Part shown: in pieces, positions 32,500 through 43,327 of the stretch
Numbering within the stretch: position 1 is the stretch's first letter
Layout: every line of letters begins with the position of its first letter
Source of the DNA: Waddliaceae bacterium
Lineage (GTDB): Bacteria; Chlamydiota; Chlamydiia; Chlamydiales; SLFE01
Length of the DNA stretch: 64,000 nucleotides
Direction: 5' to 3'
NCBI GenBank assembly: GCA_963771045.1
Contig: CAVYRW010000004.1
Span: forward strand, 1,600,001-1,664,000
Notes under the pieces: generated by a model
The model's database searches: none
What the model saw: only the letters and a program-made list of their open reading frames with translations
What the model was told of the DNA's origin: nothing
Program-made: the position numbers and the translations under genes

Positions 32500-34146
32500 A
32501 AAAGGGAGCGAGTGGTGCGACCCGATATTACCCATCCCTTCCAAAACTTTTTCTTTCACGTGGCGGGTACCGGAAGAATAAATCGTCTCGAGCTCTTTGA
32601 TGACATTCTCTTCCCTACCCCAAAGAGCGAGAATCAAAGCGGCCTGAGCCCGGATCTTTTCATCGGGATCGCCTAAAAGCTTTCGAATCATATCGAGCGA
32701 CTCTTCCTCCCCTTCTGACAGCATCAAAGCCGCGACAACACCGGTAATTCCAAAGGTTCTTTCTTCCAAAAACTGTTTCATAGCGTTTTGCGTCCCGGGA
32801 TACTTCATAAAAGCAAGAAGCTGCAGGAGTTCGAGGCGGACGAGCTGATTGACTACTTCGGGAAATTGCGGTATATCCTCGCGATGACGCACAAGACTCG
32901 GCGCCACGGAGCGAAAAATCCCCTCTTCTTGCCACATCCACCTGTCGTCGCTAGTCATCAACTCACGGTAAATTTCGCCGCACGCTTCGGGGCAGTGGAT
33001 ACGCTGGCCGATGAGGCCGATAGCGAGGTTGAGCTTGACGTAGGGATCACTGCTTTCCTTAAAGGCGCGCTCGATTAGCGGCCTGCCGTATTTTCCCGCG
33101 GCTCTCAACACCGCAGCAGCAAAACACCGGGTCTCGCGGGAGTCGACGCGCAAAAAGACGCTCATGGCTCTCTGACCTTCGGGGTGTTTGTGAAGCATGA
33201 GCACCCACGAGGCAATGATCGCCACTTCCCGGTCGGGATCCTTAAGCATGGGTAAAATGATGTGAGATATATTCTTTCCTTTGACTTCCGGATCACGTAA
33301 AATACCCGCTACCTGCAAAGCGACTTTGCGAATTTGAGCCGAGTGGTCGGAAAAGAGAGGAACAATCAAATCGAGGTCTTCATGCTGTTTGAAGACTGCG
33401 ACAATTTCACAGGCTAAAAGGCGAAGCCCCACTCTGCGGCTCTTTGCCAGCCTGGCGACATCGCGGCGGCTGGAAGAATCGAGAATCATGACAAGAGACT
33501 GCACCGCAAGCGCCCTCTCTTCATCGGTTGACTGATTACTTGAGATGATTTTCCGAAGAACCTCTCGCGCCCTTTGGATTCTCATCCCGCCGGCAGCTTT
33601 AAGGGCCGCCATTCTGGCATTCCAGGCCCTGTCTTTTTCCAGGACTTCGAGAACCTTGTCCTGGAGTATGGAGTCGCGATTCTTCATGGAAAGTTCAAGC
33701 GCGAGTCCTCTGACAGCGGAATTGGTGTCCTGAATTCCTTTCTCCAAAAGCTTGATTCCTTTCGCGGAGCCGGAAAGGTTCGCAGCGACAAGCGCAACCG
33801 CTCTCGTAATGGGCGACGCGGCCCAAAAGCCTTTGTCGATCACGCCCCATGCCATGCTTTCGAGCAGGTCGGTCTTTTCGAATGCGTCGGGATATTGCCG
33901 GGCATAGTCCCTCCAGCAGGCCATCATCCACTTTTCATCACCCGACTTCGCCAGTGTTTCAATTTCGAGTTCTTTGATTTTTCGTGAAGCTGGGTATTGA
34001 ACAGCTCCGTAAGAGGCCTCCGCCCTGGCCGCTTCAACATCTCCGATCACAAGATGGGACTTGACCCGTTTCAAGACCCACTCTTCATTGGCAGACAATC
34101 CAAAACAAACAGCAAAGAAAAAACCGATTCTTACGAGCAGCAGCAT
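32419..34146 (-). CDS. HEAT-repeat protein with signal peptide
   Basis: Repeated D....VR..A...L units; 575 aa. Confidence 0.75.
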   Translation of the reverse strand: MLLLVRIGFFFAVCFGLSANEEWVLKRVKSHLVIGDVEAARAEASYGAVQYPASRKIKELEIETLAKSGDEKWMMACWRDYARQYPDAFEKTDLLESMAWGVIDKGFWAASPITRAVALVAANLSGSAKGIKLLEKGIQDTNSAVRGLALELSMKNRDSILQDKVLEVLEKDRAWNARMAALKAAGGMRIQRAREVLRKIISSNQSTDEERALAVQSLVMILDSSSRRDVARLAKSRRVGLRLLACEIVAVFKQHEDLDLIVPLFSDHSAQIRKVALQVAGILRDPEVKGKNISHIILPMLKDPDREVAIIASWVLMLHKHPEGQRAMSVFLRVDSRETRCFAAAVLRAAGKYGRPLIERAFKESSDPYVKLNLAIGLIGQRIHCPEACGEIYRELMTSDDRWMWQEEGIFRSVAPSLVRHREDIPQFPEVVNQLVRLELLQLLAFMKYPGTQNAMKQFLEERTFGITGVVAALMLSEGEEESLDMIRKLLGDPDEKIRAQAALILALWGREENVIKELETIYSSGTRHVKEKVLEGMGNIGSHHSLPFLTDRLSEPHQHLRMISAAAIIQCVNH

Positions 34147-34712
34147 TTTGGAGGCTCGCTTTTGAAAAGCTCAAGGCAGCTTTTAAACTCGGGAGTTCCT
34201 GCATCGCCGATCAGCTCAAACAGCGCCGATTCTGCGCTCGTCACCCTGGCCCAGTCTTTCATCTCGGCAATTGCTGTCGAAAAGTCGTAGATCGATCTGG
34301 AAGAGATGGCATCGTTGATGACAACAACATGTTTACCAGCGAGCACAAGATCTTTGGCCGTCTGCATCACGCAAACATGCGCTTCAATTCCCGCCAAAAT
34401 CCAGGTATCGATGTCGAAGCTGAAAAGATAGTCCCTAAGCGCCTCATCCCTGCCGCAGGCAAAAGTGGTTTTTTCCCAATACTTCTGCTCTTCGGGGAGA
34501 ATATCCTTCAGATCCGAGATCGTCCTTCCCATCCCCTGCGGATACTGTTCGGAGACAACAATCGGAAGAGACAGTTTCTTAAAGCCTTTGATCAGCTTGA
34601 CAAGGTTTGAAAGAACTTCATTTGGATGGTCGACCAGGGGAAAAAGCTTTTCCTGAACATCAATCAAAAGAAATCCCGTTCGGCTTTTTTCCATGAAAAA
34701 ACATTGCCTCAT
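34131..34712 (-). CDS. Isochorismatase-family hydrolase
   Basis: LLIDVQEKL, EQYPQGMG, EKTTF, GIEAHVCV. Confidence 0.9.
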   Translation of the reverse strand: MRQCFFMEKSRTGFLLIDVQEKLFPLVDHPNEVLSNLVKLIKGFKKLSLPIVVSEQYPQGMGRTISDLKDILPEEQKYWEKTTFACGRDEALRDYLFSFDIDTWILAGIEAHVCVMQTAKDLVLAGKHVVVINDAISSRSIYDFSTAIAEMKDWARVTSAESALFELIGDAGTPEFKSCLELFKSEPPKCCCS

Positions 34713-35050
34713 CCCATCACCCCCAAAGGCCTGCCGCCCAAAAGATGAAAATGGAGATGGTCCACCGACTGTCCGGCGCTTGGGCCGCAGTTGGTCAATA
34801 TCCTGTAGCCCCCTTCGACGCCAAATTCTTTAGCCAGATTCTGCGCTACCGTCAAACATTCGCACACAAGAGGCATTTCGTCCTCGGAAACAGACTGAAT
34901 ATCCTTGAACTGTTTTTTCGGCATAATCAGCAAATGGACCGGCGCTTTGGGAGCGATATCCTTGATTGCAATCACTCTATCGTTTTCGAAAACAATATCG
35001 GCCGAAGCCTCTTTATTGATAATTTTTCCGAAGATCGTTTCTTCTGCCAT
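34709..35050 (-). CDS. HIT (histidine triad) nucleotide-binding protein
   Basis: TIFGKII, PKAPVHLLIMPK, GQSVDHLHFHLLGG. Confidence 0.92.
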   Translation of the reverse strand: MAEETIFGKIINKEASADIVFENDRVIAIKDIAPKAPVHLLIMPKKQFKDIQSVSEDEMPLVCECLTVAQNLAKEFGVEGGYRILTNCGPSAGQSVDHLHFHLLGGRPLGVMG

Positions 35051-35052
35051 AC

Positions 35053-35958
35053 TCACTCCTTGATGACTAGTTCCAGCGCTTTTAACGCATCCTCTTTCGT
35101 TTCCCAAACCGAGATGAACCGCCCCTTGTGGCAAAAAATCGCGCCGGGTATTTTTGTCACTTCCTTGAGGTCGCCGTTGTGGAGTCCGGCCCACGCTTCG
35201 GGAAGAGGAACCCGAACGTTCATCCTGTCATCATAACTTGGGGGAACGCCGCGAAGCTTCCAATGCCGGCCCGACGGCATCACGATAAAAATCGCCGGAT
35301 GATTTTCCCCTCCCAGTTCGAAAAAAAGCTCCAGCCAGGGAACGCTCTTTTCAAAAATGAGGCACCGCTCCCCTTCCCGCATTTTTTCTTCGACAATATC
35401 TTTGCACGATTGAATGTAGTGAATCCTGTCAACCATGCGGCGAAGAAGGTTGGAGACAAAATCCAAAGCCTTATGAAAGCAGCAGCTTTGCTCTTCCGCT
35501 AAGCTCCCATGCTCAATAGGATTGAAATTGGCCACCACGTGGGACACAGAGCAATAGCCGTAAACTTGAGGCTCTTTTCCGTTGTCGTGAAGATCGATCC
35601 CGTGAATGATGGAACGATTCAAATGCTCGTAGGTAAATTCATCCAAATAGCGCTCATCCTTCAAATATTTGAGGATCATTCCTGCGCTGCTCAGCCCGCC
35701 CCGATACTCCACCTGATGATGATCGAAAAGTTTCCTTTCAGGATCGTAGAATCCTCCGACATCGCACACAAATTCGCAAGAATCGAGCTTATCGGGTTCC
35801 CTCGTCCGGAAAATCTTATCGCGGTCGATCAGGTCGTGCATCAAAAGAAGCGCGCAAGCTGTCACTTCGTCGGCATGAAAACTGCCATCGTGAGTTCCAA
35901 AGCTTCTCGGTGTTTTTTCCATATGGCAGGTCCAATAAAACATGTTATTATTACACAT
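35053..35958 (-). CDS. MYG1-family (UPF0160) exonuclease
   Basis: THDGSFHADEV, DVGG.YD..FDHHQ, SSAG, FCHKGRF. Confidence 0.92.
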   Translation of the reverse strand: MCNNNMFYWTCHMEKTPRSFGTHDGSFHADEVTACALLLMHDLIDRDKIFRTREPDKLDSCEFVCDVGGFYDPERKLFDHHQVEYRGGLSSAGMILKYLKDERYLDEFTYEHLNRSIIHGIDLHDNGKEPQVYGYCSVSHVVANFNPIEHGSLAEEQSCCFHKALDFVSNLLRRMVDRIHYIQSCKDIVEEKMREGERCLIFEKSVPWLELFFELGGENHPAIFIVMPSGRHWKLRGVPPSYDDRMNVRVPLPEAWAGLHNGDLKEVTKIPGAIFCHKGRFISVWETKEDALKALELVIKE

Positions 35959-36052
35959 ACCGAATTTCTGATAAACTAAATCTTATTCCCTTTATTATCA
36001 ACAATTTAATTCCCTTGTTTACTTGTTCTCCATTCTAAAATAAAATGATGAC

Positions 36053-38170
36053 ATGTCCAGACTCATAAAAAGTTTACAGCATGATTTGGTCACTCCCGAC
36101 GGAACGCTTGCCGAGTACCGGCAAATCGACCAAGCCAATGCCGAAGGCGTTGTCGTTATTGACGAGATCAGCACCAACTTCAAAGGATTTGAAATCGACC
36201 CTGCCCTCGTTTTTTTCAATATCAAAAGCGCGCTGGCTCAGCTCGGCGTGGACGGGAAAGGGGTGGAATACGACCTAAGCAAAAACGAATCGTCCGCCCG
36301 CATCAAAGTTCATTTCACCGCTCATGGACCCGTCGGCGAAAAACTCCTTGCCTTAATGCCCATTGGCGCTTTTGTCGGCAAGCTGTTTGCCGCAGACGAC
36401 AGAAGGCGTGTTAGAGATTCCCATTATCTTTCCCGCATGTTCGGAAGGTCCGACAGATTCGGCAACCCCCTCCTCTCCCTTGGCGGTTTGCAGGGGAGTA
36501 AGGAGCTGCTTTTGGATAAGGTAGACGGCAGGACAGTGGCCTATCTGTCGCTTTTAAACGGGCAGCAAGTCTATGAGAAACAGATTTTGCAATTCCTCCC
36601 CTCTTTCACGTTGGCCCTGACAAAAAACCAGTCCCTCAGGCAATGGGTCGAGCTTCATCAGAAGTGGAATCCGCAAGCCTCAAAAACGTTCAACCACAAT
36701 GACATCCTCCTTGTCCGCACGCTACCTCTTCACATCAGAACAGTCTTTGCTAAAGTCGTAGGCGACCTGCTCCCTCCAGGTTATCATCACACGACAGCTT
36801 CGGTCCTCCAACCCGATACAAGCCAATCGGGAGACATTTATGAGGTCTACGGAAAAAGCGATCGCGAAATCACCGACATCCCCTTAGAGTTTTATACACT
36901 CGACCCTTACAGGGAATATGTCTTTTTCGCCGACCGCGACCAACTGCAAACCTGTATTGAAGACCCAAAAGCCCTTTTTAACGCTTTTGAGACCGCCCCT
37001 CCTCCAAAAGAAGCTAGAGCTTCCACCTTTGTCGTCAAAGGAGAGCAGCTGCTCAACCTCTCTCCCGAAGATTGGATTGTCAGGGAAACCAGAATGCACG
37101 AGTTTCCGGGATCGATGCAAAGCGAAAGGCAGGCGATGATGGCCGAAAGATATATCGAACAACAGCCTACCTACCCTTTCCTTGAAAAAATCGACGAGGG
37201 AGACATCACAAGCCAGGGCATACTCCTCACCCGCTATTTCCCCACTCCGCTTCTCAAAAGGATGCTGCTGAGCAACCACGTACAGCAATGCCTGAAGGGC
37301 ATCTATTTCAAATACCCTTCGCTCGGCTTTCAAAACTACTTTTCCGCAGAAGACCGCGCCCTTCTGAACGACCTGGAAAAATTCGGCATCCCCGTCTATT
37401 GGGTGGATGAAGCCTCCCAAAAAATTCTCAAATATGTGCAAAAACCCGAGTTCGACATCGGCATGTTTGTCCCTTTGGACAAAGTATCGACTTTTTTAAA
37501 CGCCCTTGTCCTCGGCATCTACGGATCGAATCTTCTTGAAGGCAGCTTTGACGATGAGCTCAAAATCCTTCTTCAAGGCCTTTTAGATATGAAGCAACAT
37601 ATCAATCATGAGCTGCTCACCCCCGATACTCCTCTTGCTCTTGTGACCGGTGGAGGGCCGGGGGCCATGGCCGTCGGCAACCGCGTCGCCAAAGAGGTCG
37701 GCATCCTATCCTGCGCCAATGTGGTTGATTTCCGGACAAAAGAAGGCGCCATTGTCAACGAACAAAAAATCAATCCCTATATCGACGCGAAAATGACCTA
37801 CCGCCTCGACAAAATCGTTGAAAGGCAAGCCGAATTCAGGCTCGATCTGCCCATCTTTCTAACCGGAGGCATCGGCACCGACTTCGAATATGCCCTCGAG
37901 GAAGTCAGTCGAAAAGTCGGCTCGGCCCATGCGACGCCCGTACTTCTTTTCGGCACGCCCGAGTACTGGGAAAAAAAGATAACTTCGCGTTTCAGGGTCA
38001 ATCTCGAAACGGGAACAATTAAAGGATCCGAGTGGGTCAGCAACTGCTTTTACTGCGTCCAAAATGCCCGCCAAGGCCTCAAAGTCTACCGCGATTTCTT
38101 CACCGACACCCTCCCCATCGGCAAGCACGGCCCCGTCTTTTCACGAGGCTTTGTTGTCGCCAAAAGCTGA
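36053..38170 (+). CDS. Conserved chlamydial protein with C-terminal LOG/SLOG domain (CT387-like)
   Basis: VTGGGPGAM, ERQ, GGIGTDFE; divergent from MYG1-HIT as in chlamydiae. Confidence 0.8.
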   Translation: MSRLIKSLQHDLVTPDGTLAEYRQIDQANAEGVVVIDEISTNFKGFEIDPALVFFNIKSALAQLGVDGKGVEYDLSKNESSARIKVHFTAHGPVGEKLLALMPIGAFVGKLFAADDRRRVRDSHYLSRMFGRSDRFGNPLLSLGGLQGSKELLLDKVDGRTVAYLSLLNGQQVYEKQILQFLPSFTLALTKNQSLRQWVELHQKWNPQASKTFNHNDILLVRTLPLHIRTVFAKVVGDLLPPGYHHTTASVLQPDTSQSGDIYEVYGKSDREITDIPLEFYTLDPYREYVFFADRDQLQTCIEDPKALFNAFETAPPPKEARASTFVVKGEQLLNLSPEDWIVRETRMHEFPGSMQSERQAMMAERYIEQQPTYPFLEKIDEGDITSQGILLTRYFPTPLLKRMLLSNHVQQCLKGIYFKYPSLGFQNYFSAEDRALLNDLEKFGIPVYWVDEASQKILKYVQKPEFDIGMFVPLDKVSTFLNALVLGIYGSNLLEGSFDDELKILLQGLLDMKQHINHELLTPDTPLALVTGGGPGAMAVGNRVAKEVGILSCANVVDFRTKEGAIVNEQKINPYIDAKMTYRLDKIVERQAEFRLDLPIFLTGGIGTDFEYALEEVSRKVGSAHATPVLLFGTPEYWEKKITSRFRVNLETGTIKGSEWVSNCFYCVQNARQGLKVYRDFFTDTLPIGKHGPVFSRGFVVAKS

Positions 38171-38594
38171 TTAATTTCCTTTACTCAGTATATCATATAT
38201 TGCATTGACATTAGTCATTAGTAAAACGATACTCTTAATATTTTATTAAATGAGAATAGAATGAAAAATATACCTGATTTCATGACCCTCAACCCTATCA
38301 CCTTGAATAAAAGAAACCCCCAGTGCCGCCTTTCTGTCAGTGACAAGGGCAACCTTGTCTATGGGCAATGCACCAAATCAAGATTACAAGACATCCGAAA
38401 AGCTATTGTTAATTGAAGAGAACAAATTCTCAAAGATAATCACCCTGAAACAGACCGGGAAAAAATTGAGCAGTTTAAACGAAACATTCAATTAATCAAC
38501 AAAAAATTTAATAAACATAACAACTCGCTCATTGGGAAGCTAATTCAGGGTATCGCCAAGGTTGTCGGCTATTTTTTTTCAGAAGGGATCAGAC

Positions 38595-40227
38595 GTATCT
38601 GTTCACGGGGGTACCCCCCCCAGGGGGAGTCGTAAACTTCTAACACGTTTTGTTAACCGAGAACTACCTCGTGAATTTGTGTCGTAGGAAACCGTTTTCT
38701 ATTTTGAAAATATCGGCGGCGCTTGTCCGCCATGAATGTATGCTTTAAAACATTCGGTAAAATAATCGAACGAATTTTGAGCACGTAACTTCAATGTCAT
38801 ACCAACTGTTAACACCCGTTCGACAAATCGCTCACCTTCTTCTGATTGTGAGCCAAAGCATAGCTTCCTCCAAATGACTCCGCCTCTAAGACGTTGCTCG
38901 GCTGTATTGTTAGTCGGTTCGATATTCTCATGATAGGCAAATACCCATAACATCTCGAACCGTCCAAAAAAATCAGCGCAAGTCGACCTCGTTTTATTGC
39001 AACATTCTTTGTGAATTGCACCAGCTTTGAGGAGGACTTTCAAATCTTCTTTTGGGCCTATTTCGATCTTCTCGATCAGTTCGTCCCTTGCAATCTCACC
39101 GTTTTTGTAGCTATGCCAAAGATTGAATATCGACTTTTTACACTCTAACAACCGTTCCCCGATCCATTTATCAAATCCATCCCTGCCTGCAATCTTTTCA
39201 AAATCTCTATCTGCATGCGACCAGCAAAGTTGTCGCAGACCTTCATGCGAATTATAGGCATTATAGCGATCGGTTGTTAAACCCCCTTTGAAAGAACCAA
39301 AGATCTCGCGGAATGCCTTGTTGCTGCGTGAAGCCTTGATTGCGAAAAACACAGTTTCCTTGCCGCTTCCGACCCAAATCCATCTCTTTTCCGACATCGT
39401 TTTCCAACTCGTTTCATCGGCATAAATATGTTCTTCATTTAGAGTGTGTGTCCTAATTTCTTCGTATGGTGCTTTTAAAATCTGACTAGCTCGGACATGG
39501 ATTTTACACACGCTGCCGGAACATATCCGAATATTGAGTCTGCCCATTAGAGCACAGACTTGACGTTTGGATAATCTAAACTCTCCTGAAAGAGAGGTGA
39601 CGAAACCCATTAATCGGGGACCAAAACCAAATCGCGCTTCTTCGGGAATATCAGCCTTTACATGCTTACCACATCCGCTACACTGACAGGTGTGAATGTT
39701 GTATTGAGTAACTTCCGGAGGAGCGTCCGGTAATTCCACTACTTGTCGTACATCCGTTCTGACCACCTCCGAATTAAACGAGTGGGAGTGGCAGTTCGGA
39801 CAAGTGTCCGGCTTTATGTTATGCAGCGACTGCACCTGATTAATTGGAACTAGTTGACGGGGGTGGCCCTTATGACCTTTTTGTGCTCCCTGTTTACGCC
39901 CCGTAGGTTCCTTCTTTCTTTGAGCTCTGAAAGGATCTTGCGAGGGGGGCTTAGAGCTATTCGAAGAGTTGGTGTTGAGTTTATCTTCGAGCTCCTTAAC
40001 TTTTGCCTTGAGTGCCTGGTTTTCCTTTTTGAGGATTTCAATTTCCTCCAAGGCTTTATTCAGCTTTTCAAAGAGTTCTTCGTAGGTTGGCTTCATGTTA
40101 TAAAGTGGTTTTGAACAACCAGAATAATAATAAAAATCTTATTTTATGCCGTATAAAATTTTTATTATTTTTGTGGGGTAGCGCGCGAGGCGGTAGCCGT
40201 TCCTAGAGTTACCCCGTGAACGGATAC
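38595..40227. mobile_element. IS66-family element (single-ORF, ISBst12-type), 1633 bp
   Basis: IRs GTATCTGTTCACGGGG and (rc) GTATCCGTTCACGGGG; 8-bp TSD GATCAGAC at 38587-38594 and 40228-40235. Confidence 0.93.
38699..40096 (-). CDS. IS66 transposase TnpC, intact
   Basis: NSSNSSKPPSQD, CxxC zinc motifs, ADET, TDRY, CWSH, PTNNTAEQRLR. Confidence 0.95.
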   Translation of the reverse strand: MKPTYEELFEKLNKALEEIEILKKENQALKAKVKELEDKLNTNSSNSSKPPSQDPFRAQRKKEPTGRKQGAQKGHKGHPRQLVPINQVQSLHNIKPDTCPNCHSHSFNSEVVRTDVRQVVELPDAPPEVTQYNIHTCQCSGCGKHVKADIPEEARFGFGPRLMGFVTSLSGEFRLSKRQVCALMGRLNIRICSGSVCKIHVRASQILKAPYEEIRTHTLNEEHIYADETSWKTMSEKRWIWVGSGKETVFFAIKASRSNKAFREIFGSFKGGLTTDRYNAYNSHEGLRQLCWSHADRDFEKIAGRDGFDKWIGERLLECKKSIFNLWHSYKNGEIARDELIEKIEIGPKEDLKVLLKAGAIHKECCNKTRSTCADFFGRFEMLWVFAYHENIEPTNNTAEQRLRGGVIWRKLCFGSQSEEGERFVERVLTVGMTLKLRAQNSFDYFTECFKAYIHGGQAPPIFSK

Positions 40228-40747
40228 GATCAGACTCCGTATTAAACATTCCTATTTGATCGACCCAATTCCAACTGATTTGAATCCCGTCTTTAAAACA
40301 ACAAGTACACCTGTCGCTTCTATTAAAAAAACTGATCCTGCAGACGAGCAAGAAAAAATCAGCAAGATAGAAAGATCTCTCTTATATGATCAGCCTGCTG
40401 ACCTTGGAATTAAGAATATTAAAATGCCCGAATCCGATGATGAATTTTATCAGCCGAAACTCGAATTTTTAAAAACACAATATGAAAATTTATCAAGGAA
40501 ACGACAATGTCCCCCTCCCGAATCAATTAACAAACTTTTGATAGAACATCCGAATCCAAAAAATTTGCAAACACTTGAAAACTGGCTTGAAGCAAGAAGC
40601 TGGATTGTGATTTATGATCTTCTGAAAACGCAACTCTCTATAGATAATGCAATAAAAAGTCAAATTGACACAGGGATTTTAGAAACAAACGACTGGGAAA
40701 ACATTCCATCTTTGTTTAAAAAGTGGGCAATGAATCACGCTGAATCT

Positions 40748-41986
40748 CAGGGAAATTGCATGAAGAAATTATTTAACACTTTCCCGTCAAAATATTTATC
40801 ATATACTGCTTATTCCAACCTGCTTTTGATCGCTTATTTTTGATACCTGCTTTTGTTTTCTTGTCTGCTTTAAGTAAATTCAAAGTTGATCGTCGAATTA
40901 TCGAAAAATTTTCCGCACCATTATCTTTTCGAACTTTGCTTCCATCTTCTCCATAAGAAACATCAAGCTGCCAATGAAGTTTGTTTTCAATCGACCAATG
41001 ACTTCTTATGGCTTTTCCTATTCTTTCCGCATCGCCCTTTATACTTGATATATAATACCTTAGCTCTACTGTCTCTTTCTCTTTTACAATCCTTGTGCTC
41101 CTTACACAAGCCAGAGATGATAAACCTTTCCATTCTTCCACTTGCGGCAACCAATCAAGATTCGATGTTACCCACACCTCTCTTTTCTCAAAACGATTTC
41201 TTGATTTTTCCTCCGTTATATAGTATTCACATTCAGCTTCTTCCGGCTTAAGGTTAAGCGCTTGATTAAAAAAATGTTCCGCTTCAGCGTATAAATTTTC
41301 CTGATTCCTCTTAAGTCCGAATACGTAATCGCCTCCTTTTTCGCGGATTAGAGATGCGATTGTTTTTTGGCAGCCAGCTGCATCTATTGTCACAGTAGCT
41401 TTTTTTAAATCCAACATCTCAATCAATAATGGAAATGCTGTTATCTCATTTGATTTGGCCTCAGTGGCCAATTGCCCTAATACAAGATCATTCTCGGCTG
41501 AGAATGCGCTTACCAAATGAATAGCTTGTGTACCGCAACTTTTAGAGTTGCAAATAGTCTTTCCATCCAAAGCTATGACACCTTCAACGGCTTTAGAAAT
41601 TTTCTGGGTCCAAGAGAGGAAACATTTTTCGAATGCAACAGGGTCTACATAGCGGAAAAAACGACTAAAAGTATCATGTGAAGGAGTACCATTTTCTCCA
41701 ATGCCGTACTGTTTAAGCCAGTCTTGGTTAGATTCGCCCCATAAGGCGACATCAACCCAGTCATCGGCACCACAAAGAACCCCGAGTATGGCTATAGTTA
41801 AAATATCGAATAACGGATATTTTTGATTTCTCGATTCCCTAGGATCAGGCAGGACGGAAAAGCTAATCATGATTGATGTCTCACTTATAAGATTTTGAGA
41901 TGACATTATATACCTCCATTTTAAGAAGGTAAAGTCTTCAAAATCTGGCTTGACATGTCAAATCATTTCTTCATGCAATTTCCCTG
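40748..41986. mobile_element. ISAs1-family element, 1239 bp
   Basis: Perfect 22-bp IR CAGGGAAATTGCATGAAGAAAT; 10-bp TSD CGCTGAATCT at 40738-40747 and 41987-41996. Confidence 0.95.
40773..41906 (-). CDS. ISAs1 transposase, intact
   Basis: LPDPR, PSHDTFSR, IALDGK, KSNEI, VTIDAAGCQ, RSHWSIENKLHWQLDVSYGED. Confidence 0.96.
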   Translation of the reverse strand: MSSQNLISETSIMISFSVLPDPRESRNQKYPLFDILTIAILGVLCGADDWVDVALWGESNQDWLKQYGIGENGTPSHDTFSRFFRYVDPVAFEKCFLSWTQKISKAVEGVIALDGKTICNSKSCGTQAIHLVSAFSAENDLVLGQLATEAKSNEITAFPLLIEMLDLKKATVTIDAAGCQKTIASLIREKGGDYVFGLKRNQENLYAEAEHFFNQALNLKPEEAECEYYITEEKSRNRFEKREVWVTSNLDWLPQVEEWKGLSSLACVRSTRIVKEKETVELRYYISSIKGDAERIGKAIRSHWSIENKLHWQLDVSYGEDGSKVRKDNGAENFSIIRRSTLNLLKADKKTKAGIKNKRSKAGWNKQYMINILTGKC

Positions 41987-42553
41987 CGCTGAATCTCTCG
42001 ACAATTTCACGGATCTTGATTTTGGCTGGGTTTTTCTGACTGTTCTTCCCGAAGGAATTTTCCGTTATTTTCCATCTCTTGTTAATCTTAATTTAGCAAA
42101 AAATCAACTCCATTCTTTTCCAAAAAACTTTTTTCAAGATCTTCCAAAACTTCAATACCTACGACTGACAGATAACAAAATCAGAGAGATTCCCGACAAG
42201 ATTAAATCTTTAACAGAACTTAAAAAACTCGACATGATGAGAAACCCGTTCTTTATACTTCCAGAATCAATTTCAAATCTTGAAAATCTTGAAACTCTCA
42301 ATTTCATAGGCACAAAGATCAAGCAAGAGAACCCCTCTTTATTACCTTTTAGAAACAGAAAAGTCGATGTGTATTTAGCCTGAAGGAGCCAAAATATATC
42401 AAATAAATAGGTTAAAGGGTGAGCATTCCATGATCTTCGTCCCTAGAAAATATAATACAATTTAATGAATGTATTTTAAATATTTACATGTTTGGTGTAT
42501 CATCAGTCATTTTGTAGATTGATAAATGTTCCGTCTTAAAATGGAGGTTAACC

Positions 42554-43327
42554 ATGAACAACTCGCCTATCACGCTTAATCACTACGCAGCCCCATTGGA
42601 AGAACAAATTCGATTGGCCATTTGCAATAACGATTCAATTCTGAGGATTGAATTATATAATCTTATTGCCAAAGCCGGATCGCTTTATAACAAATCTGCA
42701 GAAAAAATGGACTTGAACTCCTGCCAGTTTAAAGCATTCCGCCACACTCCTATCCCTAATCAATTAACGGCTAAAACCCGCCGAAATGATAGAGAAACCC
42801 ATAACAGACTTTGCAAAGAAGCCGAAACACCGCAAGAAAAAAGATTGGACTTTTTGAAAACAACGATCACACTCTATGACTTGAATTCAATTAAAGAACT
42901 AGAAGGCAAACCCGAGACTGAGAACGCCGACTTATTTAGAGCCCTTTCCGAAATCAACCAGCCGGTCAATTCTTCAAATTCAAGATATGCTGTCGAATCG
43001 ACAGAAGTGTTGATTGAGGTTAATACGCACAATGGAGAAAAACTCGAATACTGGTCGACTGCTTCGCGCAACATCACAAGGCTTGACACCGAAGTCGATA
43101 GTGTATGGACGCTCAATACCCCTACAAACTGCGTTTGGGAACAATTTACCGCCTCCGGTCTCATCTTCGATGCCATGATAAAAAAACCAGAAAATCGCCC
43201 TTACCTCATTAATGAACTTGAAATTCGCCTTAAGCAAATCAAGCCCTTTTATCAAGGAAATCAAGAAATAATTATCTTATTCATGAACGCATTGAGAAAT
43301 GTGTTAAAAATACCCTCTTTAAACTAA
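42554..43327 (+). CDS. Hypothetical protein
   Basis: 257-aa ORF with RBS GGAGG. Confidence 0.65.
   Translation: MNNSPITLNHYAAPLEEQIRLAICNNDSILRIELYNLIAKAGSLYNKSAEKMDLNSCQFKAFRHTPIPNQLTAKTRRNDRETHNRLCKEAETPQEKRLDFLKTTITLYDLNSIKELEGKPETENADLFRALSEINQPVNSSNSRYAVESTEVLIEVNTHNGEKLEYWSTASRNITRLDTEVDSVWTLNTPTNCVWEQFTASGLIFDAMIKKPENRPYLINELEIRLKQIKPFYQGNQEIIILFMNALRNVLKIPSLN

Larger units (their letters stand above)
38261..42383 (+). pseudogene. Leucine-rich-repeat protein gene interrupted by IS66 and ISAs1
   Basis: Removing each IS plus one TSD copy restores the frame at both junctions (..FSEGIR|LRIKHSYLIDP.. and ..AMNHAES|LDNFTDL..); C-terminal LRRs; an extra frameshift near 38410. Confidence 0.85.
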
